Assembly: GCA_964608675.1 (NCBI GenBank)
Contig: CAZSOZ010000008.1
Location: 1-29,023 of the forward strand
Origin: an uncultured archaeon
Lineage (GTDB): Archaea > Iainarchaeota > Iainarchaeia > Iainarchaeales > 1-14-0-10-31-34
Length of the DNA stretch: 29,023 nucleotides
Direction of reading: 5' to 3'
Shown here: piece after piece, positions 26,822 to 29,023 of the stretch
Position numbering within the stretch: the stretch's first letter is position 1
Layout of the letters: each line of letters starts with the position of its first letter
Notes under the pieces: generated by a model
Seen by the model: only the letters and a program-made list of their open reading frames with translations
The model's database searches: none
What the model was told of the DNA's origin: nothing
Made by a program: the position numbers and the translations under genes

Positions 26822-27492
26822 TTTTTGGCCTCCTCTTTGGAATTTTCTCCAATTTTAATTGGAGGACTCATAGTGAGTTTAACTAAAACAGATTTAATGT
26901 TCTGGTTTCTTGCAGGAAGCTTTGATTCAACTGCATCATAAACTGCAAGAACATTTTCAGCCAAATCTTCATCCTGCATTATTTCTTTACCGACAGAAAC
27001 ATGAATCAAAGGCATAAATTTTCCTTTTTTGTTCGTAATTTTAGTTACTCCAGAAGAAGTGTGAATTAAATTCTGAACAGACTTTAATTCCTGAGTAATA
27101 GGTTTTGGCATTTTTCCTCTTGGAGCAAGAGTTTGTCCAAGATATTTTCCAACTGTAAGCATTACAGAGCCTTCAGCCATTAAAACATCAAAAGAATCAG
27201 ATATTTCCTGAATTTCTTTTTTGGATAAATTAGGAATCTCTGAATCCATTATAATTCTTGAAACAATTCCTTCAAGTTGTCTGACAAAATCCTTATCTTT
27301 AACAAACGCAATTGATTCAAGTTTTTTAGCAGAACCATGAGGCATTTTTACATCCAAATCAATTCTGTTTTCAGGTTTCTTGAAATCAATTCCTTTGAAA
27401 TTAATAGTTAAATCTACTGACTGCTGAAAATTTCTTTTCTTGGATGCATCACGCATTTTAGATAATGCTTCTAAAACTTCCTGTTTTTTCAT
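26818..27492 (-). CDS. rpl1: 50S ribosomal protein L1
   Basis: KRNFQQSVDLTINFKGID, LAPRGKMPKP and VKLTMSPP, with a GGAGG RBS. Confidence 0.97.
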   Translation of the reverse strand: MKKQEVLEALSKMRDASKKRNFQQSVDLTINFKGIDFKKPENRIDLDVKMPHGSAKKLESIAFVKDKDFVRQLEGIVSRIIMDSEIPNLSKKEIQEISDSFDVLMAEGSVMLTVGKYLGQTLAPRGKMPKPITQELKSVQNLIHTSSGVTKITNKKGKFMPLIHVSVGKEIMQDEDLAENVLAVYDAVESKLPARNQNIKSVLVKLTMSPPIKIGENSKEEAKK

Positions 27493-27600
27493 TTAAAAAT
27501 TGCCTCCTGCAACATCTTTCCCAAAAGCAGTATAAAAAAACAGCTTTTAGCAAGCAGTCAAACAGCGTAAAATAAAGTTAATTATTACTAATTTGTTCTG

Positions 27601-27615
27601 AAAAAGGTTTAAAAA
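27601..27615 (+). promoter_or_regulatory. Putative BRE/TATA for a leaderless transcript of the 27640 gene
   Basis: AAAAAGG-TTTAAAAA ending about 25 nt before the ATG at 27640. Confidence 0.4.
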
Positions 27616-27639
27616 AGAATGCATTAAAAAGTTCAATCA

Positions 27640-28077
27640 ATGAAAGCAAAAAAGTTTTTGGAGTTAAATAAAGCAAAAGGACTTGCATTATTAAGCACAG
27701 GAACAATAACTGTATTATACATAACAAAGAGTGTGGTGTGGGTTCCAGAAATTTTAATGATTTTTTTGGGAGCAGTATCTCTATTTAGAATAAAAATTCA
27801 TGGAATTTTTTTAAATGAAAAAAAAACTGAAATAAAAAAAGGAATTTATTTTTCTCTGGCAGGACTGTTTTTTGGTTTTCTTTTAAGAATTTTTGGGTTT
27901 AATTTTTTAATTGAAATTTTACTGGCTGTTTTTATTGCAGTGCTTTTAAAGGAAATTTACTCTCAGAAAAAAGAAAAATGGATTAATGCTTTTGTTTTAA
28001 TAGGAAGCTTTCTGATTGCTTGCGAAACAATCCTTCTTACATTTAATTTAATTGTGAATCAAATTTTCCTGCCTTAA
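27640..28077 (+). CDS. Hypothetical membrane protein, antisense to the ribosomal protein cluster
   Basis: 145-aa ORF with about 5 hydrophobic segments filling the rpl11-rpl1 gap; 35-bp convergent overlap with rpl11. Confidence 0.7.
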   Translation: MKAKKFLELNKAKGLALLSTGTITVLYITKSVVWVPEILMIFLGAVSLFRIKIHGIFLNEKKTEIKKGIYFSLAGLFFGFLLRIFGFNFLIEILLAVFIAVLLKEIYSQKKEKWINAFVLIGSFLIACETILLTFNLIVNQIFLP

Positions 28078-28513
28078 CTTCTGCAATCATTTCTTTGCCT
28101 GTTTTTCCTTCAACTGTTATCCCCAAAGAATTACATGAACCAAGGATTTCACAAACCTGTGATTTTAAATCAAACGAAGTTAAATCAGGAGCCTTCATTT
28201 TTGCAAGTTTTACAACCTGTTTGAATTCAAGGTTGCCTGCTTTGTTTTCTTTTGGGTTGCCTGTTCCCTTTGAAGCTTTTGCTTCACTTAAAATCAATGA
28301 ACTTGCAGGCGGACTTCCTACTTCAACAGAAAAATTCTTTTTTGAATCAACTTTAATTTTAACTGGAACCTTCATTCCAGAATACTCTTTTGTTTTTTCG
28401 TTTATTTCTTTTACTATTTCAGGAATATTCACTCCTAACGGACCTAAAGCAGGCCCTAATGGTGCAGCAGGAGAAGCTTTTCCTCCTTCAACCATAACTG
28501 AAACTTCCGGCAT
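28043..28513 (-). CDS. rpl11: 50S ribosomal protein L11
   Basis: VEGGKASPAAPLGPALGPLG, GMKVPVK and VGSPPAS, with an AGGTGA RBS. Confidence 0.97.
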   Translation of the reverse strand: MPEVSVMVEGGKASPAAPLGPALGPLGVNIPEIVKEINEKTKEYSGMKVPVKIKVDSKKNFSVEVGSPPASSLILSEAKASKGTGNPKENKAGNLEFKQVVKLAKMKAPDLTSFDLKSQVCEILGSCNSLGITVEGKTGKEMIAEVKAGKFDSQLN

Positions 28514-28523
28514 CCAATATCAC

Positions 28524-28964
28524 CTATTCATTTAATATTCTAATATGTTCTGCTTTAATTGTAACTGGAATCTTTACTGCTGCTTCAAGCAATTCAACTG
28601 TAACTTCTTCTTTTGTGTCATTTACTCTTGTCACTCTTGCTTTCTCTCCTTTAAAAGGACCTGCAATTAATTCAATTTTTTGTCCTTCCTTAATTGACTT
28701 CATTAATGGTTTTGCTTCAAGCAGATTAGATAATTCATCAATTTTTACTTGTCCTCCGACAATTCCTTTTCCCTTAATATGAGGAGTATTCATAATTGCT
28801 CTTCTTACAGTCAACTCAGTGTCTGCTTCAATCAAAATATATCCTTTCAAACCAGGAATAACTGAAAGAGAATAAACTTCAAGTTCATCTGTTTTAATTT
28901 TATTGCTTAAAATATCTACAACAAGAGACTCCTGTCCTACTGTGGTTCTTAAAGTAAAAATCAT
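28524..28964 (-). CDS. spt5: Transcription elongation factor Spt5 (NusG)
   Basis: RTTVGQE, LKGYILIEA and KOW motif IAGPFKGEKARV. GGTGA RBS before the ATG at 28964. Confidence 0.96.
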   Translation of the reverse strand: MIFTLRTTVGQESLVVDILSNKIKTDELEVYSLSVIPGLKGYILIEADTELTVRRAIMNTPHIKGKGIVGGQVKIDELSNLLEAKPLMKSIKEGQKIELIAGPFKGEKARVTRVNDTKEEVTVELLEAAVKIPVTIKAEHIRILNE

Positions 28965-29023
28965 CAATTCACCTTTTCAGCATAGTTGCCTTTAAACTCA
29001 AATAAAATAATAAGAAAAAGGCA

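Noticed and set aside
28965-29023. 3' end of secE upstream of spt5
   Set aside because: Synteny makes it plausible and two minus-strand frames give short hydrophobic peptides, but under 20 codons is too little to assign a frame or identity.

Overview
AT-rich archaeal chromosomal window. Archaeal origin is supported by Spt5, the aP0/aP1 stalk proteins, GGAGG/GGTGA ribosome-binding sites and a BHB-type tRNA intron; a DPANN-like lineage is my inference only. In order, the window holds: a 5'-truncated HerA/DUF87-like ATPase; a tight minus-strand operon glmS - GNAT acetyltransferase - HAD/YvcK(GlmR) fusion with a divergent HTH regulator; several membrane proteins (DUF202-like, DUF4013-like, site-2 protease, GT-C-like glycosyltransferase); tRNA-Ser(CGA); an adenosine-kinase-family gene; an intron-containing tRNA-Gly(CCC); a wHTH protein; a membrane protein coupled to an SMC ATPase with no visible hinge or zinc hook; a secreted Lon-type protease; a SAM methyltransferase; a 1582-aa Cys-repeat surface protein; and the spt5-rpl11-rpl1-rpl10-rpl12 cluster, interrupted by an antisense membrane gene and a 54%-acidic mini-ORF. 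The best candidates for novelty are the hexosamine/UDP-GlcNAc operon with the HAD-GlmR fusion and the hingeless SMC. All family calls come from motif recognition by eye; no searches were run.
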